DNA of 62,672 nt, filler included, from Choristocarpus tenellus KU-1152 (lineage: Eukaryota; Protista; Phaeophyceae): assembly GCA_964200185.2 (NCBI GenBank). It is 8 parts of 8 records of this genome, joined end to end, with 100 filler letters (N's around TTAATTAATTAA, not from the genome) between each part and the next. Parts side by side here need not be neighbours in the genome. Positions count along the whole stretch, not along the records: positions 23,510 to 37,012 come from CAXNAD020001469.1; positions 37,113 to 43,508 come from CAXNAD020008224.1; 6 more parts are not named here. One strand, 5' to 3'. Numbering within the stretch: the stretch's first letter is position 1; every line of letters starts with the position of its first letter. Of the stretch, positions 25,669 to 39,040 are shown one piece after another. Under the pieces are notes generated by a model. That model was not told the origin of the DNA and did not search any database. It saw nothing but the letters and a program-made list of their open reading frames with translations. A program made the position numbers and the translations under genes.

Positions 25669-27195
25669 ATGGAACCCCCTTCTCTTCGGACGCTATGTCT
25701 TCGAACGCTAAGGACATCCCTAGAGAAGGGTGTATGTCCCCCTCCCGACCTCGCTAGGGTCCCATTGGGTTTGTGCGAAGTTATATTCGACTTCTTGCTT
25801 TCATCTAAGCCACCAGGAGGGACCTCGAATCTGAGTTTACCAGGGAAGAGGAGATTTCTCCGCGGCTTCGGACCACACCTTTCGGACATCGTAGCTACAG
25901 TCGATCTGACGCCTGTTGGTGTAGCGCTCTCTGATAATGCTTTGCGAGAGATTGCCGAGTGCTGCTCATCTGGGCTGGAGGTGCTAAACGCCAACGGTTG
26001 CATGGGTATCAGTGATGAAGGCGTGCGAGCTCTGGCACGCAGTTGCCAGTCTCTGACCAGGCTTTCACTCTGCAATTGCCCTCTTCTTACGGATGAGGTG
26101 GGTAATGACCAAGTGAACTCTCTGGAGGGATGTACCTTGAAGAATTTGGAAGTTCTCGTTGTATCGCAAGGTCATGTTCAGATGAAGAAACAATTCTCCT
26201 CCCCTTTCAGCACTGCAGATGCGAAAGATTGACCCCGTGATTGATATCCCCACTTGAAAATCGCTTTTTCACAGGCCACCTCTTATCTAGGCGGGACTCA
26301 AAGCCTGACTGCGCTCAACCTAGCTGGAACTCCTAGGCTAACCGGAGTCGGTGCCGCTCGTCTCATCACGACCCTACCAGTGCTCGAAAGACTCAGTCTT
26401 GCACGTTGCTCCCTAGTAGGTGATGAAGTATTCTTCGCTCTAGCTGCTAACAATGGACGTGGACGCAGAAGGACAAACTTGCGCTGGCTGGACCTTTCAG
26501 GAACGGGGGTCACTGAGGCGGGCGCATGTGCTGGCCTGGGAAGGGGAAGCTTGCCTCCCCCGCCACAGCTTGAGTACCTCAGCCTTTCAGGAACCAAAGT
26601 AGGAAGGAGGCTAATAGCTACCCTGGCTCGCGAGATCGGCCTCCCCGCTGCCCTGCCCGACGCACCCAAGACCGTGGCTCGTTCCAACCGGACCTTGCTG
26701 GAGGGCGTGAATTGGTCGAAACCGTTAATAAAGTCTGCGAATATAGGGTCGGGTCGTCGACACCGCCGTAGCAGCAGTGTGTACATTTCTATGCCGTCGC
26801 CTTCCCGCGTAGGAGTTGGGCTTCGAGGGGATGATGAGGATGGTCATAGTGGTGGCAATGTCGGGAACGAGTCGACTCAGGGTCCTGCATTTTTGTCTTC
26901 AGTGCTAGAAGAGATAGTTGGGATGTGGGGACATGCTCCAAACCCGCCTCCTCCTTCAAGTAAGGGAGCGGCTACAAGACTGGTGTCCATGGCTGGGAGG
27001 GGAGCCCATGCCAAGCTTACAAGGGATAATTTCTTGTTTCCACTTACACCCATGGTGTTGAGAAAGAAGAGAAGATCGATGGTCCTAGACAATCTGGTGG
27101 TACCCACGTTGACAGGTACAGTTGCAGGAGTACGGGAGCGTAGAAGTAGAGAGAGCCAACAGGGGAGGACTCATAAGCGCAGGAAATCCTGCTGA
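25669..27195 (+). CDS. RNI-like leucine-rich-repeat protein (AMN1/FBXL-type), 2 exons
   Basis: Exons 25669-26097 and 26275-27195 join in frame; repeats LEVLNANGCMGISDEG, LTRLSLCNCPLLTDE, LERLSLARCSLVGDE, LRWLDLSGTGVT. Confidence 0.9.
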
Positions 27196-30100
27196 AATGT
27201 TTCATATTTGTGTGGTTGGAGGTGACAACAAATTATTGTTCGGCACCTGGGTTCGTTTAGAGAATTTTTCAAAGGATTGGATGTGCATTTGGTTTGTTTT
27301 AGAGAAGCAAGGATGAGAGGGAAGATCACCTGCCTTGTGCATTTTGTATTTTATGTGCTGGGTCTATGCATCGTGACTTGCACAGTGAAGAATGGGGGCC
27401 TGAGCCCTTTTTTTCTATGAATTGGCAAATTATTTTGCACTACTGTACTGTGGTAGTTTGACACAGAGTGATTGGATTCTTCCTCTTGCAGCATTCACCC
27501 CATGTCATCCATCTCTGAACTTGTTGAATTTATGTTTCTTGCTGAAAAAAAAACAAACTTCTGTTGGTCAGCAATTTTTGCAAACCTTGGAATTTCTTAC
27601 TTTGCTCACTCTTGGCACTCAACACCTACCTCAGTGGACACTTGAAATCAATATTTGTGAGGCAGTTGTGGATGTGTGCAAGAATGGTTTGTGAGTTCAA
27701 CAGTACATGTATTTTTTTAGCAAAGATCTGAGACCTCTCCCCAGTTTGTGGCAGCAGTAAATGACTTTGCTCTTACACAAGATATCAACATCTGCTGATA
27801 CTTTGTTGGCATACGTTTCACATGAAGATTCTCAGTTCCAGTCTCTTTGTGCTACAACAGTCCTCATCAAGCGCAAATAGCCTGCTATATGGCACTCCAG
27901 GCCTACTGGCGCAACCAAGAGCTACTTCCCAGTGAGGCACTACTTCCCCAAACATCACTTACCGGTCAACTTTTGAGTGCAAGATAGAGCCAATGTTTTT
28001 GTCTTTACATTCATTACTTGTCAAACATGGCAGAGCAAGCATCAAGAATTTCTCTTAGGTACCTGGTACGCCAGTATGGAACATGTGGAATCTGTTTTGG
28101 GACTGTTCATGGTAGCTGTTGCCTTTCACTCCCCTCCTAACCTGGTGTGTAAGTGCTTGCTGTGACCATTCCCACATTGTCTGCAGGTTCTCTTGTTGGA
28201 GAACACCTACTCTTGGTGATATTTTTGCACTGCCCGTTTAAAATTCACGGGTCAACAACTCCCTCCAGTAGATGCATTATTCTCTCCACAAACACACCAC
28301 GAATGGCAAACTCCTTCCCATCACAGCCTACTATAGAAATCTCCACTTGTTTTTAGAGTAACATTCCTGCGACAGTTGAGACATGGTCGCAATTTAAAAC
28401 TAAGAAAAAGCAGTGGAGGAAGAAAACAAAAAATGGATAGAGAATTAACGCTCGTTTATCTTGGTGGGATGTTGGCTTACCCCCGTTTTTCGTTTGTTTT
28501 TCATTATTTGTGAAAGAATTGAGATTTCTCGCTGAAATTGTTTGAATTCAAGTATCAAATTTCGAATGTACCTGTTGTTGATATCTTGAGAAAATATGGG
28601 AGACTCGTACATCACAAAAAATGTTTTAGCCTATTTCTTCTATTCGAATATTTCTGTCCTTGTTTGTCGTCACTTCACCTAATACAATAAAGTAAGAGTA
28701 TAAATAACTTGATATATTATATTTAACAGGAGTATGTATTTCTGAAGACTGTTGCTACTGCTTCTACTATTACTACATTTCTAACATAAATATAAATATC
28801 AGTTGCAGGTTCGAAAAATTGTCTACACACAAATCAAGACTCTCGTTTCCTGATAAATGACATCCTACCAGATATATTCTTATAGTACTATCAAGGTCGA
28901 AAAGGTACAGTTGAAATTTCGATTTTTTGTTTTGGTGACTGTATATACCTTAGATTGTAATTTTGAAGCTTTTAGTAGTATATCTAGTATTCAAATGGTA
29001 AACAGATTTTTAGAGAGAGATTTTTCGCATTTACGACAACGGTTACTCTTACAGGGGTCCTTGTCATATTGGTTTGGCTTTTTTACTGACACGACTGTAA
29101 AATGTCACACCCACACAGTGTGTAAACTTCTCTTTAGGAAGATAATCTTGTATCTCCTTTTTTCCTGTACAGTGATGTGTATTACCTTCTTCAAACTATC
29201 TTTCAACGAACGGTCTGACCATAGATTAATGTGAAGAAAAACAAAGAAAAAAGGGTTCTTCATCTCCATGGAATCACAAAATCATGGCAATTAAGGTGGA
29301 ATTCAGTGTATTACTGTCTGTCCGTTCAGAAGTTGGACTCCAAGTGCATGCTATGCGTATTTCTACCGTTAATTTTTTTCTTTGCGACGCAGAGTGGAGT
29401 TTTGTGGGGGGTGTGGGTGGAATTGGCGTTTATTGTAGGTGTTTTTCCCCAATTTCTACATACAACACTCCATACCTCTACTGATCAATATATATATATA
29501 TATTAAAATCGGTTTATACCAATCCTTCCAACGTACTTTGTCCCATGATCGCGAGGTTTGTATTGTGTTAAGAAAATGCTAGGGTTAGGGATAGGGTTAG
29601 ATTTTGTTTTACCTGTACTGTATGCGAACAATACTTAGTACATGTATTTATGTTATTTTGATATATTTTTCTAAATATCAAACTACTAATATTATGCAAT
29701 ATGTTGACCTTCACAACCATGAGCTTGCTCTCCCTCCACCACAGGACATCCAGATCTTCCATGCGTACGAGTTAATACACCTCAAAGTTGTTATCATGAG
29801 ATGTGACTGGACAAATGATACCTCCAAGTCATTTGTTTCTTACTGGTGAGTTTGGATTAATTTGATTTGGTAAAGAAAGAAGAAACAGACTCTTTATTGA
29901 ACTTACATTTCTCTGAAAGAGTACGTGATGTTCGTTGATTGTGTTGATTACTCTTTTTTCCCCCTTTAATTAAAAAGGTGTTTCTACTACCTTGTCTTGA
30001 TTTGTTGTTAGGGGGAAGATGGGGTTGACTCTCTGACTAATCAAAGGTATTGTTCGATCGGACTGAGAACTTGTTTTGGGGTTGGCCTGTGTCTGACTTT

Positions 30101-30279
30101 TCTCTCACATGCGAGTTCCTTGAAAAGTAAGGTTTGAGGAAACAGAAAGGAATGTTGTTGAAGATATTCTAATAATAATAAAAAAATAGAATGAGAAATT
30201 GGTAACCCACATCTATCCATATATGGAAAGTAGTAGTATATTTAAGAATATGTTACTATTTATACTAGTGTTAAAATAT

Positions 30280-30454
30280 GACTCAAAGTATCTGGAGGGG
30301 GAGGTCTACACCAGGGTGTCCATTCGGGCCCTGACCAGGAGAATTGAATTTAAATTATCCATCCGACACATACAACCAAATCACACAAAAATTGCGACAT
30401 GGAAAAATGGTCCCCGAGTGGACAGCCGCCACCCCCCCCCGGACACTTTGAGCC
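30280..30454. mobile_element. MITE, family B (reverse orientation)
   Basis: GACTCAAAGTATCTGG...CCGGACACTTTGAGCC, TAT on both flanks; interior is the reverse complement of the 14325 copy. Confidence 0.85.
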
Positions 30455-33400
30455 TATAGTAGACCCCAACAAAGTTTGATTTGGTATATTTGGGGTAAAT
30501 TGTTGCTTTGTGGTATCGTTTTTATGTTATTCGGTATATTCTAGGCTGATCTTTCTATTTGTAATGTTTTAACCCTAAGCAAAGTCAATGTGTGAATGGA
30601 ATTTTGTCACATGTCTATGGGCTGATTCGTGCTTTTTTGCTGTTGCCAATTCAAATAGAACTGACGACGTCCTGTGGCGAAGGGATATCAGAAAACGCGT
30701 TGATGGCCATCAGCCCACCTCAAACACAAAGTTAGCCAGACCAATTGAAAGGTAAGCAATTTTGGTCCCTTTTGCATTCTAACTATTTTTTTTACCTTGT
30801 GCAATACACTCTATTTCCATTGCTTTATGTCCAAAATAGTGTGCACAAGATAGATATTCCCCCTCTCCGCACATAAAGGGACACTATCACCACAATTATG
30901 CCATGCTTCTTTCTGCAATAGTAGAAAATGGCTTGTTTTGTCCTTTCTTGAGATGGTTAAAATGCAACCTTGCCCACCTCTCAATTGGTTTGACTCTTTC
31001 TATTAAATCACTTTATTCGTGTTATATCCCAAAAACTTAAAACATACTTCTGCGCACTTCCTGAGACCTAAATTTCTTGACTTTCGATCATCACCTTGTG
31101 ATTTTGACCTATTGCTCCACCAACCCACCAAGGTACGCTTTATGCAAGGACTCGGGTTGAGACATACTCTCTCTGTTGTAGAAGCAAAAGGTATGATAAG
31201 GGGTGAGGAGGTTGTGCTCTCTCTGGTGGCTCGATTTCTTCTGGCTCTGATGAAGTTGTTGTATTGTACTGGCATGTTGTATGTGTAGAGGTTTCGGTGG
31301 TCACAAGAAAAAGAAGAGTGAGTTGAAATAGTCTCTTTAATACTTCGGGCTTGCCTTCTTCCTTCATACTCCCTCTCTTACGATATACTTGACCAAGGAC
31401 GGATCCCCACATATTATTCTCACCATACTAGAAGAAGTCCAGGTCAACAAATGATTCGTGTATTCTGTATTTTGTGGAACATATTAGAGTTCTGGATGAT
31501 CATTATTTTTCACCCATCCTAATCACCCTACTATATCCCCTCTTCTACGACCCTATGGATAATTCTAGGGCACGTCTTGAGGTAGTGTGTACCTTACTGA
31601 ATGTTATCATGTCAAGTTCGCCTGTTACACTACTCCAACAATATGGCACAACGACAGGTACCAGATTCCGAAATTCGACACGACACATCATGATCTTCCA
31701 ACCACGTCGTTTTTAACCGCAACAACAGTAAATTCCAACTCACTCAATCCTTTCATTTGATTTCTGCTACTACACCCTGATATAAACTTCTTCCCCAAAA
31801 CCCCAACCAACCATCTTAAGAATTTGGTTCCCACAGTGAGTGAGATACGAAAAATATATCCGAGATTCAAATTAAGATCGTTGGCCCATGCTGACGATCA
31901 CGGAATTCCAACGCACCTCACCCCCTCGTTCCGTACACGACACTCTGCTCCCATAACAAGGGAGGATCAACCCGCCAATTTGTTGTGGCTTGACTCAGTC
32001 AGGCGTACTACCTTAGGGTTGAAGTATTCTCAAGGAAGTAGAGGAATCTTGTTTTGTTTTTGTTTGTTCAACCTTATCTTGTTTGAAATTAGTTTTTTGC
32101 TTTGCTCTGGTTTGGCGACCTAATATACTCATTCGCAGGTAGATTTGTTTGCCACTAAAGGAAGAAATTGTATTCTTAGGTAGATATCACGGGATTTACC
32201 GTTTTACTTGTACGCTGTACTATATACTGGTCAGGCAAGAAATCCGATGGAAATTTTCACTTTATTTGCACCCAGCACGCTCAACGACCAAAGTTGGTTA
32301 GCATTCTCTGGTCGTAATAATTGTTCCTAGTACGATAATTCCCTTTCGATCCGCTAGGACTGCAGGTGGTTGGAATTTGTAGACAAATCGTCCCCATGAA
32401 AACTACTTTTACAACCTACTTCCTGCCACTTGGAACAACTAACGTGAGTGTGTCATTTACGGTCTATGTAGGCACATGTGTCTATGGACTTCCCTTCAAA
32501 GACCCTCAAGGCGAGTGGAGAATGTTAGTGATGTGAGGTGCAGGATTCACACTATAGCCAACACATCCAGAAGATGTGTGGTCTTGGCTCTAGTTTTTTG
32601 TTACTCTATTCGCTTCTGTTCCTCTGACGAACATGTGTGAAGATACTCTTTTCTCTCTTTTGGGCGTCCATTTCTTCCTCCCTACACCTTATGCTGCCAT
32701 CATCTCCGTAAATCTTATCAAACACAATTACATCCATCTACAGAATTGCACGACTTTACACGAACATGTTGCAACAATGTGGTTGAGCGATAATCAGGTT
32801 CACATTAAATAATTATGTGTTTTACTTGCAAAATGGATCATAACAATACCCTGAAGTAATAGGGTTGTGCAGGGCGTAACACTACTGTGCATGGGTAACA
32901 GGGGGGAGCTGCACTGATGGGGAAAGAAGAGGAGAACTTCTGTCAGATAGGTAGTAATTAGTCAATGTGCTCCACCAGCAACAAGAGGAAAAGAACAGCA
33001 GTAGGGTGTGCCTCTGGGTAAGTCCATTGGGGTTCAGCTGGAGGAACAAAATAGAGCGAGAACACCCGTCACTAGGCAGCTACTATACACAAGCAAGACC
33101 AAGAGGAAAGGCAAAGGGGGGGGCTGTGTAGTCTGTGCCCTGTGAGGGGAGGGAAGTAAGAGAAGCTCCACTTTCTAATAGCTACGATGCTCCAGCAGCA
33201 CAAGGACGAAAGGTAAAGCGGGCGAGGGCTGTGCCAGGGTAGAAGGAAGGAATGGACTATGTCTTGGGAGATCTGGGCCTTCCTGTCCTTGAAAAAGTTC
33301 ATGGTCGAGCAAATATTACATTAAGTGTATAATAGCTGTGGCGTATGTGCGGAATTTGATCTTCAAGTGGCTAACAGGGAATTCCTAAATTCTAAATAGT

Positions 33401-34158
33401 AGTAACTGAAAGCATAGACCAGGGCCACGGCAAGAAGAAAAAAAACACTCTGGGCCAGCTATCCCCTCCATACAATGTTTGAACGAAACACGACTTTTTG
33501 GACTACAGATAGAAGGTAACGGGGGTGGACCTGACGCTACTTCTAATTTCCCCTGGTTCGTGTCTACTGGTGGTAGGTACCGAGATCTTGACATTTTATT
33601 AAATGGAATGTGTAGCAATGAGAAGAGTGGTGCCGCTATTCCATAGTTTCTCCAATTGAACATCTGAAACAGCAATAGTAACTCCTTAGCGGTAACTATT
33701 ATTGAACATAAAATGATCCCCCCCACTGTATGTATGTAGGTGGTAATATCTGAGTGTCAAAGCAGTGTGCACCACCACACAACATGAAGAAAACATCGCC
33801 AGCCATATACTCAATCTAATTGACTAATAATGGACAAATGGTCAGTGCAACATTTTATTTTGTGGTGTGTTTGACATCAAGTGGGAATGGTCTTTCAGCG
33901 CGTCATGAGAGGGGATTCCTAGGACGTCTGCCCTAGGGTGCCCAGTGTGCCTAAGGGGGCGGAATCGCGATGGAAATCTCAACCAACATGGAAAACTGTG
34001 GAGGCTCCACTATATCGTCCATACCGTACATATGTATCGGAAGGGAGTGATGTAGGATGGGTGGTAGTTGAATAACAAATAGATTATAGAAAAATATCTT
34101 TAACATTTTCGATAACTGTTACTTTTATAGTGGTTCTTATGATATTGAGTTGGCTTTT

Positions 34159-34362
34159 CCCCTGACACATTTGGAAATTTCAGAGGGCATAAAAATAAGA
34201 ATTTCATACATATTATTATTATGAACTCTGACATATCGTAGTGTGACATTTTTTTCAAACATGTCGTAACGTCTACCGTACAATTTGTCTATTTGTCTAA
34301 CCGTAGGCCGTATTATATATATTATTATCCCCTCTGACATTTGGAGATTTATGTGTCAGGGG
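34159..34362. mobile_element. MITE with long CCCCTGACACAT TIRs (family D)
   Basis: CCCCTGACACATTTGGAAATTTCAGAGGG...CCCTCTGACATTTGGAGATTTATGTGTCAGGGG; single termini also at 38614 and 49667. Confidence 0.8.
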
Positions 34363-34579
34363 AGGGAGAAGGTCAAAATGTAGGCTGTGCATAACAAAAA
34401 CTTGAAAATATCAGCATGGCCACTTTCAAAATAATTATTTTAAAGAAATTAATTGAACTATACAAGGTGCCCTTAGAGAATGTTCCTTATGAACCAATGT
34501 TCATACTTCTATGGCTACAGCCTAGCTCTACGAAGGTCGGCGAGGAGCGAGGGGAGAACCCAGGAGTCTGTAAGTCCCC

Positions 34580-34920
34580 TGTGTGCCCACAAACCAGGTG
34601 TCTCAAGGTTGAAATGCATCACCTTTCTCAAAACAGCAACCTGTGCGGTTACAGATACAACTTGTCTCAAGTGGATCTCGACAGCTCCTTTTTGAGTGTA
34701 TTCCCTAGACCTCCTTCCCCTACCAAATAGATGGGCAGCCAACTCATCCAGGAAGCTCTCGGATTGTGTACTGAGGCGCCCAAAGCTTTCTAACTGCGAA
34801 ATCGAGACCAAAACTACTATAATCAAAATATCCCTGATAGTGGGTACACTGTCGTGCCTCAGCTGCCACCACAACAATGAAATACGTTCAAAACACAGCA
34901 TTATGTGGATAGTCACTGCA
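34580..34920 (-). mobile_element. 3' remnant of a CRE-like non-LTR retrotransposon (RLE-domain C-terminus)
   Basis: ESFGRLSTQSESFLDELAAHLFG...KGAVEIHLRQVVSVTAQVAVLRKV. Confidence 0.7.
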
Positions 34921-35559
34921 TCGCATCAGCTTCCATAGGGTTTTTGCCACAGATTCAATTAATTGAACAAAACAATCAACACTGTTAATAAGTAATTCCC
35001 ACACCAAGTGAAGTTGAAGGCATACCTTTGTTGTGATACTCTCTGTATCATCACATCGCCAATCTCTACTGTTTCAATCTACCTCACCCCCTCACTCCAT
35101 GCACATTGCTTCCATATCAACGGAGGGTCAACCTGTTTGTTCGTTTTGGTCTGACTCGGGTATACTTCCAGAGGATTAAAACGATTTTGTGGAATTAGAA
35201 GTTTTGTTTTCTTTTTGTTCTACCCAACCTAGTAGAAGTGATGACCCTCTGTCATTTATTTCCTTCACATTATTTGCAGTCTTATCATTTATAGTTTGTA
35301 TTGAACTTCAATAACAATTATTCCAAGGTAGAATAAAAAATACAGTCACATACAATATTTACCATATTCTTACTGAAAATTTATTTTCTGTACTGTTTTT
35401 TTGTAAACTATTGACTGCACTATATATAGAGGTGTATGTTCTGACGGAGGCATAATGTCGACACTCGACATGCTCGTACCTGCAATAGGGCAGTGGGACA
35501 GATACACGCGCACATGCCGATGGTTAAGCTTCTAGGTCAACTCTGCAAGGGAATGGCCA

Positions 35560-36252
35560 TCCCTTTGCACTATGGAAGATGATATCCCATTCACAGCGGA
35601 TTGAAACTTCCACATGGATGTGGTCTTCCATCCTGGGGTACCTGTGGAAGCTGGATCGGCTCTCTACCAAAACAAAGGTCTCCTCTTGGATGTTGAGTTT
35701 GCAGAAGTGCAAGTAGCCTTCCATCTGCCACACTCATCCACCAGCAATAGCGTAGCTTCTGTTGCAGTTGGGGCGTGAAAGCAGACCCACTACAATGGGT
35801 CTCTCGACCCTCGCAATTTTAACCTTAACACCTTTGCAGTGGAAATTTTTGGGTGCCTCGGTGAGCAAGCCGAAAGTTTTCTGGATGAGTTGGCTACACA
35901 TACATTGGGTGCGAGAGGGGTGGGAGGTTTTAGCAGGAGGAAGGGATAGTCAAATCCCGTTTATGAATAATAGTGTTCGTCACAACACAAGTGGCTCTCT
36001 CGAGATGCGTCATGCGTTTCAAGCTAGAGACACGAGGCAGATGGACTACAAGGGGCCTGTCAGATTCTTGGGATGCTTTCCAACTCCTCAGGCACTGATA
36101 TAGGGCTAATCTAGGTTAGAGGCATAGCAGCAAATGTGCACATAACATTATAATTACCAATCTTCAAGGGAGTGTTGTAGTATAGTTAGTATTAAAATAG
36201 AAAATAGTTTTTGGAGAGACATTGTTCATTTACGACAACTGTTACTTTTACA
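35560..36252 (+). mobile_element. 3' remnant of a CRE-like non-LTR retrotransposon with 3' tail
   Basis: MDVVFHPG..KGLLLDV..KQTHY..FAVEIFGCLGEQAESFLDELATH..VTTQVALSR across frameshifts; tail shared with 28970-29053 and 34060-34129. Confidence 0.7.
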
Positions 36253-37112
36253 AAATGTAGGGATGATCTCAAATCCATGTGTAATATATATATTTTGACT
36301 ATGATACCCACCTTCGACCTAAGTTATACCTTAAAAGTGCCCTTCCTCTAGATAAAATATATACCTCAATGTCTATCGTCATTTGACATGAGCATTTCCT
36401 TCCTGATCACTTTAATATCGGGTTGTTTGAGTGGGGCGTACAACTCCCCCCATTCCCTTTTCCTTTTTTACTCCTTTCCTTTGTGACCTGGCGAGGGTTG
36501 CTCACCATCCTGCCTTCTCTCTATCCTTTCTGTTCCTCCTGTATTCTTGTTGGAACGTTCAATGTCAAGAACTCGCGTACAGATTTCCAATTAATTGTTT
36601 AAATAGATTCCTCAATTATTAAAAAAAATGAATATACTGAAGAGTTAGAAAACTTCTCGATATTTGATGTGAGTATCAAATACATTAATTAAGATATCAA
36701 AATGACTGATATTGGATGTTTGATTTTGGTTTGATATTGGACGTCAAAAATGACGAAATTTCGCCCCCTCTCATCTCCATTATTAGCAGAAGAGACGTAT
36801 ACTGCTCTCCTTTCATACAATGCAGGAACAACCTTAGATCATTAGCCATGCGAGTACAAGAGGGTCATGTGTGATGCAAAGCACACATTATAGTAGTATT
36901 AGATTTTCAGAGTAAATGATATATATATATATTATGCTTAACTTGTGTCACTATCGGATGGGGTGTATACAGCCAGTAAACAGGGGATCCTCAAAATTGA
37001 GGAAGGCGCGGGNNNNNNNNNNNNNNNNNNNNNNNNNNNNNNNNNNNNNNNNNNNNTTAATTAATTAANNNNNNNNNNNNNNNNNNNNNNNNNNNNNNNN
37101 NNNNNNNNNNNN

Positions 37113-37139
37113 CCCCCCCTCCCCCAGATACTTTGGGTC
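37113..37139. mobile_element. MITE right terminus at contig start
   Basis: CCCCCAGATACTTTGGGTC. Confidence 0.6.
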
Positions 37140-37730
37140 AGACCTATTCAAGTTCTTAAAAACCTCTTCATACGCATTTTAATAAACATTAATTACTCTA
37201 TATCTGTTGGAGATGTTAAGAATTCAGAAGTGATTCCAAAAATGCCTGGTCACTATTCTCATGTTTAGTGTTTTTCACCCCCTCAGACATCCCCATGACC
37301 ATAATCGACAAACACACCACCATAGGTGTCGGAGGTGAAGATTGTCTCAGCCGTTCCGGTGGAGGGACTGGGTGCATGAACAACCAGTACTTCACACTTT
37401 GTGGATATTGATGCGCGGTTGCTTTATTAGACCTAATGAGGCATTGTGGTGGTGTATTTGTCAATAATGTCCGAGGTGGGAGGCGCTGAGAGGAAAATAC
37501 TGAAAATGAGAATTGTAACCAAGCATATATTTTTCAACTATTCCTAAACTCTGAGAAGCATTCATTATCTACTTCAAAGTATAATATAGTAAACAAATGA
37601 ATTTGGTAGATGGGAAAATTATTAAGAATTGGGACAGGACTTTTCGTCACTGAACGTGTTTCTTTTTGGAAAATTGCGTTGGATTTTGCAGGACTTCTTA
37701 CCACGCCAGCAACTTTTAAAATTCCCGTTC

Positions 37731-38010
37731 GACCAGACCAGTCCCACAATTATTTACCATGTCCCAGTCCATGTCCACTAGGTATTGAACCGGTCCATGT
37801 CCATGTCCCCGTCCAGACTGGTCCCATAATTATTCAACATGCCCCAGTCCATGTCAACTAAGTACTGAACTGGTCCATGTCCATGTTCGGACCACCAGTC
37901 ACATAGGTATTTAGCATGTCCCAGTCCATATGCACAGTGTATTGTATCAGTCCATGTCCACCAACTGGGCAGTCTAACTTCTTTTCTGGCATGTCCGGAC
38001 CATGTCCACT
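37731..38010. repeat. About 79-bp tandem repeat rich in GTCCATGTCC
   Basis: About three units, e.g. ccagtccatgtc.acta.gta.tgaac.ggtccatgtccatgt. Confidence 0.85.
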
Positions 38011-38144
38011 ACGTGCTGTATAAGTGTGAATGTTAGACATTCACACACACAAGAATTACATATCACCTCAACAAAGTAATTGTATGAATTTACAAGTTTA
38101 CTATTCTAAATAAAACAATGTGAAATAATTTAGAAATATCACTA

Positions 38145-38532
38145 TGTCATATACCATTATAGCCGTATGTCATATACCATTATACCATTGTACCGATTGA
38201 GGTTCTTCGTCAAGCATCAATGATTCCACTGGCAGAATTCCGTCAGAATGGAACCATGGAGTCTCTTCACGAGACCAATCCCACAGACTTGGGACAGCTC
38301 GTCATTCAGAATTGTCACACATGGAAGATTCACTTTGTTCTCACGTCTTGACTTGTGGTGATGAAGCCCCATCTCTGAGATGCTCATCACTCCTCGATTT
38401 GCACTTGTCCAACCCTAACCTCGTACTCTCGGTTGTGGTTCGTCTTTGTTCGTCTGGTCCATCTTGCCCAGTGATTCTCTTCGCCACCCTTACCTGAGTG
38501 AACCGCGCGGCCACAGAATCACACGATTCACA
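38145..38532. mobile_element. Solo LTR
   Basis: TG...CA ends; CACTA precedes 38145 and follows 38530; homologues at 24024-24617 and 49161-49486 (inverted). Confidence 0.8.
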
Positions 38533-38759
38533 CTAGATATATTTATGTTTAATACTTACAGTTACTGTAAGTTAGGATAAAATTCTCGTTGGTTTTTCCT
38601 CTGTGTATGTTCTCCCCTGACACATCTTCAAAATGTTAGGGGCATAATAAAAAATATATTCAAAAGTGGTAAAATGTAAAATAGGAGACATTGTCATGAC
38701 GTGACTGACTCAAGCATAAAAAAAATATTACCTTACGGGGCATAGACAAAATGTTGTAA

Positions 38760-38950
38760 CATGACCAAGTCCATGGCCATCGCTTACTCAGCATGACTGG
38801 GCCCACCACCGACCACATATAACTAAGTTCGAGCATGACCGAGTCCATGGCCATCACTTACTCAACATGGCCACCACCGACCACGTATACTCAAGTTCGA
38901 ACATGACCGAGTCCATGGGCATTGACGATTTCAACATGGCCGAGCCACAG
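38760..38950. repeat. About 70-bp tandem repeat (CATGACCGAGTCCATGGCCAT)
   Basis: Three units visible. Confidence 0.85.
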
Positions 38951-39040
38951 ACTGGCCCGTGACCATAAGGCCGACAGTGGACGTACTATCTGCCTGCCCC
39001 AATGAAAAGTCCTAGAATTTTGTAGTATTGAGTTCATATT

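Larger units (their letters stand above)
37689..39014. mobile_element. Non-autonomous hAT-like element with subterminal tandem repeats and nested insertions
   Basis: CAGGACTT...AAGTCCTA termini, 8-bp flanks GGATTTTG/GAATTTTG, GTCCATG-rich arrays at both ends. Confidence 0.7.

Noticed and set aside
29579-29600. TAGGGTTAGGGATAGGGTTAG telomere-like tract
   Set aside because: Only about three imperfect units.
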